Part shown: positions 61,747 through 64,000 of the stretch, piece after piece
Layout of the letters: each line of letters begins with the position of its first letter
How positions within the stretch are numbered: the stretch's first letter is position 1
Assembly (NCBI GenBank): GCA_051362555.1
Contig: CM120641.1
Location: forward strand, 14,322,001-14,386,000
Direction of reading: 5' to 3'
DNA length: 64,000 nucleotides
DNA from: Lingula anatina
Taxonomy: Eukaryota; Animalia; Brachiopoda
Notes under the pieces: generated by a model
The model's input: the letters and a program-made list of their open reading frames with translations, nothing else
Told to the model about the DNA's origin: nothing
Databases searched by the model: none
Made by a program: the position numbers and the translations under genes

Positions 61747-64000
61747 TTACAAAAGTGAAATTTTATGGATAAGGAATCATATTGTTTTATTTAGAGACCC
61801 TTATAACCATCTTCAAGGCTAATAACTTTCTCTTTTGTTCCAGTCTGCCTCTACCAGATTACTGTTCTGTACCACAGGTATTTTACTGCGGCGTCTGGAA
61901 GGAGATGGTCTTCTGGAAGGTGTGTCACATGTTATCATTGATGAAGTACATGAAAGAAGTGAGGAAAGGTAAGATATTAATTGTTTTATTTGATAAAATT
62001 ACCTTGTTAATGATGCTTGGGAATTAATTAGTGACTATGATTGACTGTGTACTACTGTAATTAGACAGACAACATTACTGAACTTGACTGACATACATAT
62101 ACTAGTAAAAATCTGTTTTGATTATGTGACTATGATTTATGAATACCTTTATAAAATTGTTTTACAAATGATAGTTCTCACTTCTGCTCTGTTATCTGGA
62201 AATGTTTTGGTTCCAAGAAATTATTCATATTACTGTTTTTATGTATCTCTTCCATATCACTAGTATATAAATACATGAATGAAGTAACTTGACAAACATA
62301 ATATGTAGGTTGATTGATATTGATATTTTGACAAATTGCTGTTATTAATGGTAAATCGAAGTGAGAATTAATATGAATTTTTTTTAACCAATACGTAATG
62401 AAATACAATGTATATTGCAACAAGCACTGAAATATAATATGGCCAAACTATAGGGATAATAAGTTGGGAATGAAAGGATTTTGTGGGGTTGCAGAAAGGC
62501 TAACTATAATTATTGCATGAAGCTACTGGTATTGCATCTGTGGAGCATTCATATTGCTTTTATTGTTTTTAGTATCATAATATATACATGGTAAAAACCT
62601 AAAAAAAAAAAAAAGAAAAAAAAAAGAAACAGCACATTCAGAACTACTGAACCAAAAGATTTCTTGGTAGACTGAAATTGCCATCATGGTTTTGCTATTA
62701 TAGTTTTTATTGATACCCAATTCAAAATGGCAGCTCTTAAAATTGTTGCTGGTTGCTGAATACAATTTTCTTCCAGTCTTTGACAATTTTATCAGCCATG
62801 ACCAGCAAAACCAATAGTTTCTTCATGTCTGATGAAATGTCTATTCTTCCAGTGATTTCTTAATGATGGTACTGAGGGATATGCTACCACACAGGAAGGA
62901 TTTAAAGGTGATCTTGATGAGCGCCACTCTAAATGCAGATCTTTTCTCATCCTACTTCAGTCTATGTCCAGTTGTGCACATCCCAGGTGTGTTTTGTTTG
63001 AATAACTAATTGCCATTACTTATATTACTTAAATGCATATATGATAAATAATGTGTAAAAATGTTTATAAGTGCAGAAATAAGGTTTGTCAAAACCATTA
63101 CCTGTCTAAGTATTAGAAAAAAATTCATCTGTGAATTCATATGGATAATTGATTATTTCTGACTGTTTCAGGGAAAGCTTTTCCTGTTGACCAGTATTTC
63201 TTGGAAGATGCTATAGAAATGACTAAGTAAGATTCAAGTTAACAGACTCTGGGATGTATGAATAGAAGAAGAGTGCTTCAAAAAAGTTAATAACATTTAA
63301 AAATAAACAGGAAAATCTTAAGGTGAATTAAAAAATAAAAACTAATTTTTTTACTTAAAAGCAGCAATTTAAAATTACCCAATAGTCTTATTTTGTAATA
63401 TTTCCCTGTAAAGCTAACACTGTTTTGGTGCATGTTTTAGATTTGTGATGGATGAGACTTCACCCTATGCCAAACCCCGAGATGTGATGAGAAAACTGCA
63501 GACTGCTGAGAGGGAAGAATTCAGTAGACTCAAGGGACATGATGGTTTTTCCATGCAAGACCTGGAGGAGGCAGCCTTTGATGTGCCAGGAAATATGAAA
63601 GCTGCCAAGGATAGTGTTGATGATGCTAAATTAACTGTGAGACAGCTAATTTTGAGATATCCAGGTAGATATCCTGAATACATGTAAATATTTTGCCACA
63701 TATTTTTAATGTGTTCTTTCCTGTAGACATATTGTAGCCCTTAAATACATAATTGTAACATTTTGAAAAAGATGCACTGGTATGTTTTAAACCTAATTCT
63801 TGCATGTTTGATAAAAATGTATATAATTATATGAAAGCTCTTACCATGGGCTATTTTGAGGATTGAATTTGCACCTGATGGTTTATTATATGGTTTATTA
63901 TATTGCTTTCAGACTACAAAAAATCAACAATCAGGAGCTTGTCATTGATGGACTTTGAAACCATTAATTATGACCTAGTAGAGAATGTACTTGAATGGAT
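58016..64000 (+). CDS. DHX57: DExH-box helicase 57 (RGG N-terminus, UBA, RWD with CCCH zinc finger, helicase core); 3' part beyond window
   Basis: Exons 58016-58323 (RGG-rich), 58732-58848, 59076-59240, 59426-60395 ([11 protein letters not shown]; C-x7-C-x5-C-x3-H; YPQQPP), 60568-60689 + 61306-61501 ([27 protein letters not shown]), 61844-61968 (DEVHER), 62853-62986 (LMSAT), 63172-63226, 63441-63664, 63913->64000. Confidence 0.92.
60972..61054. mobile_element. Right-arm fragment of the same MITE family (copy 4)
   Basis: GCAATTTAGCCTGAACCCCCAGGGAGTTAGGTTGATC closely matches 24366-24402; ends GGGAACCCAGTC|TAA. Confidence 0.65.
61671..61748. repeat. (TATT)n microsatellite
   Basis: Directly visible in a DHX57 intron. 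Confidence 0.95.

Noticed and set aside
42270-64000. PLD3-TKFC-DHX57 as a nucleic-acid immunity cluster
   Set aside because: Functional link rests only on vertebrate literature; nothing in the sequence supports co-function

Overview
AT-rich, intron-rich animal genomic DNA, probably an invertebrate (lophotrochozoan-like; taxon not provable from sequence alone). Five spliced genes lie in strictly alternating orientation: a polycystin-1 (PKD1) orthologue (+, ~1055-36865), RSL1D1 (-, 38388-41510), PLD3-like (+, 42270-47169), TKFC/DAK (-, 48891-56107) and DHX57 (+, 58016 to window end). Introns carry several MITEs, two L2/CR1-type LINE 3' fragments and a 4.2-kb TTAA-flanked TIR element. Main observations: (1) TKFC has two tandem, intact, equal-length (185 nt) homologous exons that must be mutually exclusive, and one replaces the substrate-binding Lys of KNYTGD with Ala. 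(2) The PKD1 ectodomain appears to lack LRR-repeat exons and the C-type lectin, and carries several dibasic/furin-type sites, one on its own 69-nt exon. Exon boundaries were read by eye from splice signals and frame continuity; comparisons with human and E. coli proteins are from memory and need alignment.
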